Of a stretch of DNA of 54,590 nt, positions 22,301 through 39,727 are shown piece by piece. The position numbers and the translations under genes are program-made. The notes beneath the pieces are model-generated. The model had not been told where the DNA came from, made no database searches, and was given only the letters and a program-made list of their open reading frames with translations. The stretch spans positions 958,002 to 1,012,591 of the forward strand of contig WELB01000004.1 in assembly GCA_009602725.1 (NCBI GenBank). The letters are read 5' to 3'. The stretch's first letter is position 1; each line of letters starts with the position of its first letter. The DNA is from Spirogloea muscicola (Eukaryota).

Positions 22301-24269
22301 GAGGAGGACTGAAGTTCATCCAACCTTGTTGCATCAGGTATCAGAAGTGCACGTGCTTATCAACAACTGCACCACATCGTATGAACGCCTTGATTTCAAC
22401 GACGTGGGAAGGAGGGTCTATGACTTCTTCTGGACTGAGTTTGCCGACTGGTGAACGAGGCCACTGCTTTGCTGTGCCTCAACATTTTCTTTACATGGAT
22501 TTATTTTGCTTGTAGTGAAACTTACACACAATGCAAATGGGTGCTCTTGAGGTTGTCAAGTGCTCTGCTTTGGCTCCTCCGCCTCTATCTGACCTTCATT
22601 GACCCTAATGACCTTCATCCTCCTATGCTATTCTTCCTATTATACTCTTAGTCTTTTCTCTAAAACCTCGTCTTACGAACACATATCAGGTATATTGAGG
22701 CGAGCAAGACCAGACTATACAAGAATGAGGACACAGAGGCTTCGCGGAGGGCACAAGCTATATTGGTGTATACTTTTGACAAAATATTGAGATTGCTACA
22801 CCCTATCATCCCGTTTGTCACTGAGGAGCTTTGGCAGGTGTTAAATGCTGCTTTTTGGAGCCTCCTCTCTAAGAATCAAAGCCGTGTTGTCTTTGCTATC
22901 GCAGTAGTCACGAAGGCTTCCTACGGTTCAATCGTTTATGTGCATAAAGGCTACGATACTCTTCGAATATCTCAGTATATTGCACTTGATCTGACATTGC
23001 ATTATATCAAATTGTAGGCATTACCTCACACGGGCAATGCTTTGATCGTCGCCAACTGGCCAACAGTAGGCCTTCCGCATAATCAACTGGCCATAGAGCA
23101 ATTCAGGGAACTCCAAGATCTGGTGAGCATATGGATTCTTGTTTGCTGCTGGTAGCTTGTCTGTCAGCTTATTGGCTTGTCAGCGCTGAGTAATTCATCC
23201 CATACTTTAGCAGCTGGACTGTTGCCTAAATCTGCTGAGGCCTTCTGGCACATACTTAAATGCCCTCCAGGGGCAATAATGTGACAGGTGAGAGCCATCA
23301 GGAATGCAAGGGCAGAGTACTCAGTTGAGCCTGCCAAGCGCATCACCTGTGCCGTGGTTGCTCGCCCGGCCTCTATGTCTTATCTGAAGGTTGTGCCTGT
23401 CTTATCAGCTTCTGTCATGCTATTTACTTACCTGTCTGCTGATGGCCTTCTGCTATACAGAAGTGAGCGTCGGTTTTCTATGTGATCAAGTGAATTGACA
23501 GGGGTAGATTGTGCAACAACTGCCATTTCTTTAGCAGGCTAAAGCATGTCCCTTCTGATGCCAGGAAGAAGCGGCAGTACTGGTTGCGCTCTCACGGCTC
23601 GATGGAGACACACTGCGCATCGTCCACGAGACTCCATGTATGACTAAGGAGGGGTTTAAGCCAGGCTTCCAAATTGGTCTGAGCGGTTGCAGATATCTCT
23701 GCTTCACTTCAGAAGTTGGCCTGATACATCTTCCTTGTTGGGCAGTGGATGCAGCTAAGGCGGTGCACCTGGTTGTAAGGGAGGGCCTGGAGGCGTATCT
23801 GCCACTGGCAGGAATGATTGATGTTGGGAAGGAGGTGGGCAGGCTGAGCAAGCAGGCGGAGCGGCTCCAAACAGACTTTGACACAGCCTCCAAGCGCCTA
23901 GCTTCTTCATCAGTACGCCCCAACTTCCAATGGTTCTTACAGCTAACAATGAAGCTCTCCAGGAGGCTATGCTGAAGTGGCATAGCTGCTAATGGCAGCT
24001 ATTGCCTGGCAAGATCCCTTCACTGCAGCTAGACTTGTCCACTTTGAGGACATGAGATGCACTTACCATCCCTTTTTGCTGTGCTCGGAAACAGGAGTTC
24101 AAAGTGCTGAGGTGGTCTTTGATTCTTGTTGCAGTTTGTTGAGAAAGCTCCTGCTGCCGTGGTGCAAGGGGTAAGGGAACAGGCAGCTGAGGCCCAGGAG
24201 AAGCTCAGCATCCTGAAGCGACGGCTGGTGCAGCTGGAGGAGATGAGCTCCGATGTAGCAACAAGGTAA
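16398..24269 (+). CDS. Valyl-tRNA synthetase, bacterial-type (plastid/mitochondrial); more than 25 exons; 5' end in gap
   Basis: [88 protein letters not shown] and a C-terminal [10 protein letters not shown] coiled coil. Confidence 0.95.
16661..16885. repeat. Degenerate telomere-like (CCCTAAA) tract in an early ValRS intron
   Basis: cctaaaccctaaaccctaaacacccta, aaacccttcaaaccctt, ctaaaccgaaaccctcgagaaaccct. Confidence 0.75.
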
Positions 24270-24656
24270 GCGGTTGTGTATTCCAGCCTATTCCGTCGCC
24301 TTCGGACCTTTTCCATTCTTTTTGGGCTGGCTTTCACAGCCCTCGCCCCCCTTTAGAAAGAACTTTAACTTCCTTCTCTACTTCCTCTTCTTGGTACTGG
24401 CTTGGTTTGGCCTCCCTTTCACTTCATGCTCACTGGCGCCCCTTCTCTTCATCTCACAAAAGAAAAAGAGAATGCGGCTGCTGATATTACAGAACCGGCT
24501 GTGAAAAGCAGGCAGGTGCACACAGAGGGTGTTTATGACTGTATTAGCGAAGCCACAAGTTAGGGACAGGCCTCTTCAGTGACCCCGTGACAGCAATAGG
24601 AGCTTTGATGACCTGAGGGGGAGGGTTGTATTCCGATCGACTTGCCCATGCAGCTG

Positions 24657-24945
24657 AGAGAAGGTGCGCGGTGCGCATGAATTGAAAGGGAGGCCACTTC
24701 TAGCCTTACAAATGTCCTGTTAATTGGGTAATGAGCTGGCTAAGGGGGACACTAAATATCCCCGAGTGAGCACATGCATATCTGACAAGCTATACTGAGG
24801 AGCCAAGCCATCACCACGGAAGCCACTGGCCTGGGCTGATGCACGACCAGCACGCTGGTGAATCGCGAGTGCCTGGGAGCGCTGCAGACTCAATGATAGC
24901 CGCAGTCTATAGCAAATAGCCGCGTCAACGTGGGCGCGGAGCACT
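24657..24945 (-). mobile_element. RLE retroelement 3' fragment, subfamily A
   Basis: YRLRLSLSLQRSQALAIHQRAGRASAQASGFRGDGLAPQYSLSDMHVLTRGYLVSPLASSLPN*; close reverse-complement match to 40890-41160. Confidence 0.88.
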
Positions 24946-25204
24946 GTCGTCTTGCTGGTGGGCCTCGCTCGGCGTCCCCGTCAGTAAATCGCTCCCGCTG
25001 GCCGTCTGCTTTCTGGAGGCTAACGTGGTGCGCCCGCCGCTGCCCCCCCACTTGCGGCTGCTGACTCGGGGTTACCAAGCTCCCCTTCGCTGTCGTCTCT
25101 TACATAGCTGTGTGGTTTTTGGCGCCTTTCAGCCCTTCGGACCTTGGTCATCCTTTTCTGGAAGAGCTCACTTCCCCACGTCAGGCTTGGCCTTAAAAGT
25201 GAGC

Positions 25205-25570
25205 TCTCCCAATGAGAGAAAGCGCGCGGGGCGCATGAGATGAAGTGGAGGCCAATTCAAGCCGATACATTGTTCAGGCAGAGTCTAGGGCAAACTAAAC
25301 AGGGCTACATAGTACGGAGACCTAAATTAAGGTGCCTAAGGTGACATCAGTACCCACGGGTGAGCACAATCAAATCCGACAAGCTAACTTGGGGAGCTGG
25401 AGCGCCGCCACAAAAGCCGGAGGCCTGACTTAGAGCGCGCCCTGCACGTTGATGAAGAGCCAATGCTTGCGAGCGCTGCAAACTAAGTGAGAGCCGCATT
25501 CTGTAGTATGCAACTAAGGCCTGCTGGAGTGGCCCAAGCTGCCCCCCCCACTTCGACGACGCGCATCAAC
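25205..25570 (-). mobile_element. RLE retroelement 3' fragment, subfamily B
   Basis: Reverse strand reads YYRMRLSLSLQRSQALALHQRAGRALSQASGFCGGAPAPQVSLSDLIVLTRGY* plus a 3' UTR; matches 27212-27440 (+) and 42190-42372 (-). Confidence 0.85.
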
Positions 25571-25574
25571 CAGC

Positions 25575-25925
25575 CGAGAAGGGGGCCAGGGGAAGCGCTA
25601 AGAAAAACAAGCACACAAAGAAACAAAGCAGCTACGAATCACTCAGTAACCCCTGCTAAGCAGCCGCAGATCAGAGATGCTAGGCTCCCGGAAGTGGGTC
25701 CCCTGGCCAGAGCCAGAGGCAGCAGCGCGGGCTCGGCCGGCACGAAGGTGCAGCGCACGGGCCATAGACCTCTGCAGCGAGACGGCCAGGCGCATACGAT
25801 ACACTTGCGCCAGCGACCCGGCTGCAGGAAAGTCGATCGGCTCCCCATAGAAGCGACGGGCGATGGTGTGGCGGGCGAGCTGGGTGAGCAGCTCGAGCCA
25901 CCGAGCGGCCAGCGCCCCATGGGTG
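25575..25925 (-). mobile_element. RLE retroelement 3' fragment, subfamily C, an inverted copy of 26360-26710
   Basis: Reverse complement aligns with ORF end HGALG.RWLELLTQLARHTIARRF.GEP.DFPAAGSLAQVYRMRLAVSLQRSMA. Confidence 0.88.
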
Positions 25926-26009
25926 AAAGGAAGATAGTTTCCCGGCTGCTAGTCTGGCGGATCTGAGGCTCCTCACTCGTAACTACTGAGTTGTCCATCC
26001 TCCCTCTTC

Positions 26010-26775
26010 GGAGAGCGGACAGCGGCCCACGACCGCCTCCGCGACGTAATGCATGGCATCCTGTTGGAGGCTGGTTTCTCCGTAGCAGCAGAGCACTCCG
26101 GAATCATGCCAATCCAGCACAGGGCCGACGGTCTCCACGCCAGGCGTGTAGACCTGGTGGCCACCCGACAGGCGGGCGGGCCACGTCTTCTCCTGGACGT
26201 GGTGACTACTGATGCCTATGACCGCTCACACCCAGCTAACTGTGCCACCACGGCTGGGTATGCGGTCGCCTGCTCTGCTCGGGCCAAAGAGCTGAGGTAC
26301 GCGGATCATCCGCGGGAAGACGAGTTCTTCCCGTTGGCCATCGACACACATGGGGCGCTGGGCACTCGGTGGCTCGAGCTGCTCACCCAGCTCGCCCGCC
26401 ACACCATCGCCCGGCGCTTCCATGGAGAGCCGGTTGACTTCCCTGCAGCCGGGTCGCTGGCGCAAGTGTATTGAATGCGCCTGGCCGTCTCGCTGCAGAG
26501 GTCCATGGCCCGGGCGCTGCACCTTCGTGCCGGCAGAAGAAGGTGCTCGCCCATTGAGAGCCCTCGCTGCTGCCTCTGGCTTCTGGCCAGGGGACCCACT
26601 TCCAGGAGCCCAGCATCTCTGATCTGCGGCTGCTTAGCAGGGGTTACTGAGTGTCTCGTAGCTGCTTTGTTTCTGTTTCTTAGCGCTTCCCCTGGCCCCC
26701 TTCTCGTACTCTGTTTATTCTTTTTCGGGCTGGTTGTTCCAGCCCCTATTCTCAATGGGCGAGCACTTTCCCTCT
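26010..26775 (+). mobile_element. RLE endonuclease-domain pseudo-ORF plus 3' UTR, subfamily C
   Basis: ERTAAHDRLRD..E..RRVDLV..LLLDV..KELRY..FFPLAIDTHGALG..RLAVSLQR follows the PD-(D/E)xK RLE layout; in-frame TGA at 26472 where the sister copy has Arg. Confidence 0.85.
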
Positions 26776-27211
26776 TTCGTCAGGGTGATAGCTTCCCGGC
26801 AGCTAGTCTGTCGGATCTGGCTCTGGCCAGGGGACATACTTCCAGGAGCATAGCCTCTCCGACCTGCGCCTGCTTAGCAGGGGTTACTGAGTGGTTAGTA
26901 GCTGCTTTGTTTTTTCTTGTGTGCTTGTCATTTATGCTGCTTCGCCTTAGGGCTTCGCCTGGCTTCCCCCCCCCTCTTCTTGTACTCTGTTCATTCTTTT
27001 TTGGGCTGGCTGTTCCAGCCCATATTCTCAATGGGCGAGCCCTTCTTCACTCGTACTTATTGAGTGATCCATCCTCCCCCTGTTTTACCATTGCATCCTC
27101 AGGCCCCTTTGTAGCTGCTCACCGCTCTTAGGCCCCTCTGAACCTTTGTGAAATCTTTTTGGGCTGGCTTTTCGCAGCCCTTGCCCCCATTGGGAGTGCC
27201 ACTTCTTCTTC

Positions 27212-27440
27212 TTTCGTGGCGGCGCTCCAGCAAACTTGGGGAGAAAGCCTCTCCAGCTCCCCAAGTTTGCTTGTCGGATTTGTTTGTGCTCACCCGTGGG
27301 TACTGAAGTCACCTTAGGCACCTTGGTTTCGGTTTCCGTATTATGTAGCCCTGTTTAGTTTGCCCTAGACTCTGCCTGAACAATGTGTCGGCCTGAATTG
27401 GCCTCCACTTCATTTCATGCGCCCCGCGCGCCTTCTCCCT
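27212..27440 (+). mobile_element. RLE retroelement 3' fragment, subfamily B
   Basis: PAPQVCLSDLFVLTRGY* then a UTR ending gaattggcctccacttcatttcatgcgccccgcgcgccttctc; inverted relative to 25205-25415. Confidence 0.85.
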
Positions 27441-27729
27441 CCGTACTGGCATAAGAAGCCATAGCTTCTTCAGGCCCCTTAATAAGTAGCTGCTTAGTAG
27501 CTGCTAAGGGCTTTTTTGGCCCCTCCGGACCTTTGTCAATTGTTTTCGGGCTGGCTTTTCACAGCCCTTGCCCTCGTTGGGAGTGCCGCTTCTTTCCAAA
27601 GGGGGTGTGAGCTGACAAGGTCCGAAGGGGCCGAGACGCGCTAAAACACATAACACATTGGCTTTGGAGAAGCCGCCGTTTCCCGTTCCGCTTGCAGGCT
27701 CGGCGGCGGCGGCGGCGGCGGCGGCGGCG

Positions 27730-28896
27730 ATGGCGCGGCCCGGCGAGGCCGACGTGAAGCGGATGAAGGTGGGAGAGCTGAGGGCGGAGCTGGCGGCGCG
27801 GGGCCTCGACACTGCGGGCCTCCGGCCGGCGCTCGCCGAGCGCCTGGCGGACGCGCTGGCCTGCGACGGCGCGGAGGAAAAAAAANCGCCGCCCGAGGCC
27901 GAGGCCGAGGTTGAGGCCGCGGCCGAGGCCGGCGACGGCGCCGGCGGGGACGGCGGCGCCGCCGGCGATGGCAATAGTGATGCCGTGCCTGCCACGGCAG
28001 CCTCCGTGGAAGCCCCCGGCGCGGTGGCCGCGGAGACGGAGCTGGAGAAGAAGCAGCGGCGGGCGGCGCGCTTCGGCGTCGAGGTCGTGCAGACGGACGA
28101 GGAGAAGCGCCACGCCCGCGCGCACAAGTGAGCGCCGCCGCCGCCGCCGCCGCAGCGGCCCTCCGCAGCCGCAGAGCTGCGTGCGCCAGAATGGCTGATA
28201 GTATCCTCGGGATTGGCAGATTTGGCGTGCCTGCTGACGAAGGAAAGAGCAAGGATGCGCCCGCAAAGGCCGGCAATGACGCCGAGGCGGAGCTTCGTAA
28301 GCAACGAGCTGCGAGGTGACTGTCGCGAGAATTTCGAGCCTGCATGCAGGCGGCATTCTGTGGTTTGGGTGCACAAGGGGACCGCCCTGCCACAGCAAGC
28401 CCGTCTGAGTGCTACAGCTGCTGGAGTGGTTGGACCTGGAGGGCGTGGCAGCGTCGCAGCTGAGCTTGGCATTCTGGGCCCTGCGCAGATTTGGCATTGC
28501 CGAGGTCGATCCTGCTGCGGCAAGCTCCGCGGCAAATGGGGCCGGCAAGGGGGGCCGCGCAAGTAGGGGTGAGCAGAGGGCGGAGGACGAGGCCAAGAAG
28601 AAGGCACGGCAGGACAGGTGCGCGAGCGTCCGCACAGCTGGCTGTCATGGCCATGCAAGCAAGGCTCTGATGTCATCTTAAGCTTTACTGTGGCCGACTA
28701 TGGTAGCAGCTCAGGAGCTTCTTTCTGTGGCGCTTCGTGCCCTTGACTGTGCGATTGCCTCAACATGGTTGTGACCAGGTTCAAATCAGAGTCGTCCACG
28801 TTAAAACTCCTGCCAGCTGACGAGGAGAAGAAGAAGGCCAGGCTCGCTCGCTTCGCGCCAGCGCCTACTGCAGCTGAGGCGGCCACCCCCATGTGA
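27730..28896 (+). CDS. SAP-domain protein with Tho1/SARNP/MOS11-type KK.RA.RFG repeats (mRNA export factor-like); 5 exons; single N at 27886
   Basis: MKVGELRAELAARGLDTAGLRPALAERL (SAP domain); EKKQRRAARFG, RKQRAARFG, KKARQDRF, KKKARLARF across GT-AG introns. Confidence 0.85.
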
Positions 28897-30279
28897 AGAG
28901 GCAGCTCGGGCGAGGTGTTCAGATTGGACAGCTCTGCACCAAATAGCCTCCTTGCAGAGGTGACATTTGCAGCACTTGGCAGGGAGGCAGCCGGAGTGCA
29001 TCGGTGATGTTCCATCGCGACCTAGCTGGCACCTGACAGACGTGGTAAGGAGGGCAGGAACAAGGACCACTGCATGCATATGCAGGCAGTCTTAAGTCGT
29101 CATGAGGCAGGCGGAGAGGTCCTTGGTGAGCTGTGCCAGCAAGTAAATGCCACACAGCTGGTGGCAGCTGCGACGGTGGCCGCGCCTCCTGTTGCAAAGG
29201 GCACACCCTTAGATGGGCAAACGTAGACTAGATGGTCTGCGGTCACGCGCACAATTGCAGACGCCATGGCCACCTTATTTAGATGGCAGACTTGCTGTTG
29301 AGAAATGAGATCAAGCGTGCAACCATCAGGTGGGTCACTCTGACCTGGCGTGCTCCACCGTTGCAGGTCAAGAGTTTCTTGCAAGGCTTTGATTTTGGCA
29401 AATGATTGCAGCTGCGAGTGCAGGCGACAATCAGGCTCTGTGGTCCTCTCTTGCAAAACGCTCTTGCGTCACAGGTCCTACTTCCTGCATTGCTGTGACT
29501 GGCCATGTAGATTCACAAAGAAGGCAGGTCAAGGGGCTTCGGTCGTGTGCGCGAAGCTGCAGCTGGGTCTAAGCAGGGTCCGTGTGGGCTCTGATCAGGC
29601 CTGCAGCCATTGCACAGGCAGGCTACTTGATGGAGCCGCTCATGTGACGACTTAGATGTTGACGTCACAACCCATTTGCTCAAGAGCCGAGCACTTCCAG
29701 CCTTGCTGTGCTTGCTTGCTTACCACTGCAGGCTAACCTCCTGCTGTTGCCCACTGAATGATGACTGAAAATAAGGACTTCAAGCAGGCCAGGTGTAAGA
29801 TGGCACAGACATGACTAAGCATCTCCTGCCCGATTGGCCTCGCATGGGCTGGTGCCATGCATGGTGCCAGGCTTGATACAGACCTGGCTGGGGAGGGCAT
29901 ACTTATAGAAGCCCGTTGGTTGCTTGATCATGGTGCATATGCATAGTGGCAACTATAATGCATAGACAGGTTATCTACATGTTGTTACTGTGTGCAGGAT
30001 CGCCCGTCCAACAACTTGGAAATGGCCGTCAAATCTGATTGAAGTTGCCGCTGCAGACATCTGCATTGCAGAGCACATAAATAGCAGCAGCCTTGCGTGC
30101 TGCACTAGACATCATCCGCTGATCGACAACGTTGTCGTGGTGATGCACATTGCTGGCAACCTCAGAAGACAGAGACGAAAGTGCTGTTAAGCATTGGTCT
30201 TCCAAACAAAAATAGATTAACGAAGGACTGCTAGGCGGGCCACCAACCAAGTCTACGCACCGCTAAGCTCTTGCCACGC

Positions 30280-31069
30280 CTAGGCCTCAGCCTCGGGCGG
30301 AGCATCAACCTCCGGCTCAGCCTCAGCAGGGGCTCCAGCGGCCTCGACTCCGGCCTCAGAAGCAACCTCAGGCTCAGCGGCCTCGCCAACAACGCCGCTG
30401 TCCACGGGGGCTGAGCCCACATCCTCCGCAGAAGCTTGGGCAGCCTCGAAGCCGGCCTCCACGACACCGCTCTCAGAGCCGTCTGCGCCGTCCACGACGT
30501 CGTCCAGCGGCGGCCCGTCGTCATCGAGCGCCTCGAACTCGGCGTAGCCAGGCTCGCCGTACATGTCGTTGAGGTACTCGAGGCCGGCACGTGTAAGGAT
30601 GAGCTTGTCAGCACGCAGGACGTCGTAGAGGTTGAGGGAGCGCGGCGTAGCGACGGTGAGGCGCGGGATGTTGCGGCTGGACAGGCGCAGCGCGTCGGAG
30701 AGCTCGCCGTCGGCCAGGAAGAGCAGCGCCGCCCGGCGGCCGTCCGTCGCAAAACCCCATCGCCGCAGCGCGGCGACAAAGGCGGCGGTGCTGGGGCTGG
30801 CGACGGCGGCGGCGAGGCCGTCGACGACGAGCGCGTCGGGCGCGGCGGACTGGAGCGCCGTGGAGAGCGCCAGCTGGCGCTCCTTGCGGTTGATCTTGTG
30901 GGACCAGTCCTTGGGCTTGGGCCCGAAGACGACGCCGCCGCCGGGCCGCAGCGGCGTGCGCTTGGACCCCATGCGCGCCGAGCCCGTGCCCTTCTGCTTC
31001 AGCGGCTTGCGCCCGCCGCCGCGCACCTCCGCGCGCGTCAGCGTGGACGCCGTGCCGCGCCGCCGCGCC
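30280..31069 (-). CDS. RPL4: Plastid 50S ribosomal protein L4 (uL4c), 3' part; 5' end in gap
   Basis: [75 protein letters not shown], and an acidic tail. Confidence 0.93.
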
Positions 31070-31548
31070 NNNNNNNNNNNNNNNNNNNNNNNNNNNNNNN
31101 NNNNNNNNNNNNNNNNNNNNNNNNNNNNNNNNNNNNNNNNNNNNNNNNNNNNNNNNNNNNNNNNNNNNNNNNNNNNNNNNNNNNNNNNNNNNNNNNNNNN
31201 NNNNNNNNNNNNNNNNNNNNNNNNNNNNNNNNNNNNNNNNNNNNNNNNNNNNNNNNNNNNNNNNNNNNNNNNNNNNNNNNNNNNNNNNNNNNNNNNNNNN
31301 NNNNNNNNNNNNNNNNNNNNNNNNNNNNNNNNNNNNNNNNNNNNNNNNNNNNNNNNNNNNNNNNNNNNNNNNNNNNNNNNNNNNNNNNNNNNNNNNNNNN
31401 NNNNNNNNNNNNNNNNNNNNNNNNNNNNNNNNNNNNNNNNNNNNNNNNNNNNNNNNNNNNNNNNNNNNNNNNNNNNNNNNNNNNNNNNNNNNNNNNNNNN
31501 NNNNNNNNNNNNNNNNNNNNNNNNNNNNNNNNNNNNNNNNNNNNNNNN
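31070..31548. other. Assembly gap covering the RPL4/FAH divergent promoter
   Basis: Run of N between two GC-rich coding ends. Confidence 0.95.
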
Positions 31549-35188
<3,640 letters not shown>

Positions 35189-35513
35189 CATTATCGCATG
35201 AGCTGGCAACAGCTCACATTGCAACAGCTTCTCTTTCATGACGTTCATTTTGTGGGCATCCCTAACATTGTACATAGCTGATCGCGCTTTAGCGTGATGA
35301 AACAGATATAAGCAGTTCAGGAATGATCTTGCCAAAAGGCTACTCTGGCTGTTGCTCAGTTGCTCCACATACTAGCAACGGTGTGCAAGGGTCCGGCAAG
35401 GTCCTCGGACATCGCATATTGACCAGTAGGCCGGCTTACATTGTCTCATCCTCCAGTAGACCTGGGATGCAGCGGTTGCTGAGCAACAATTGTGCACTAT
35501 ATTACCAAAGGCC

Positions 35514-39331
<3,818 letters not shown>

Positions 39332-39727
39332 AGAACGGCGGCGGAACCGGCGCCGCGTCAATTTTCTCCTCCTCACAACTCCGGGCTCGGACAGCGGCGA
39401 GCGTCTCAAGCTGCGGTGGTTCCTGGTCGAGCCGCCGAGCAGCTCCGGAAGGCTTCACCGAGATCCAGTGCACGTCTCCTGCGCGCGCCGCGGCGTCGGC
39501 GGCGGCCGCGGCGGCGGCAGCGGGAACGAGACTAAACGATGGCTCAGCAATTCAGGGTCATACGAGGGATGAAGCGGCTGTACTGCTGGAAGTAGCCTGT
39601 GCATGACACCAGATTAATGTCTTTGTGCATATAACAAGCGTTTGTTGAAATGCATCTGCGGGACAGCGGGAGCCACTCAGACTGGGCTGCTCGGGGGCCG
39701 CAATGTGTACCACCGCGTCCGTCACCA

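Larger units (their letters stand above)
24285..27597. mobile_element. Cluster of about 14 nested 3' fragments of RLE (CRE-like) non-LTR retroelements in both orientations
   Basis: Repeated ORF ends (…SD[LM]x[LV]LTRxY*) and 3' motifs at about 24290(+), 24398(+), 24455(-), 24657(-), 25040(+), 25205(-), 25575(-), 25930(+), 26010(+), 26775(+), 27047(+), 27212(+), 27510(+). Confidence 0.85.

Noticed and set aside
25205..27440. Long terminal inverted repeats of a DNA transposon or MITE
   Set aside because: The arms translate as the RLE ORF C-terminus plus 3' UTR, an unpaired copy exists at 42190-42372, and I see no transposase or flanking target duplication.
28900..30270. Short ORFs between the SAP gene and RPL4
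   Set aside because: No recognisable motifs or consistent exon chain; probably convergent 3' UTRs and intergenic DNA.
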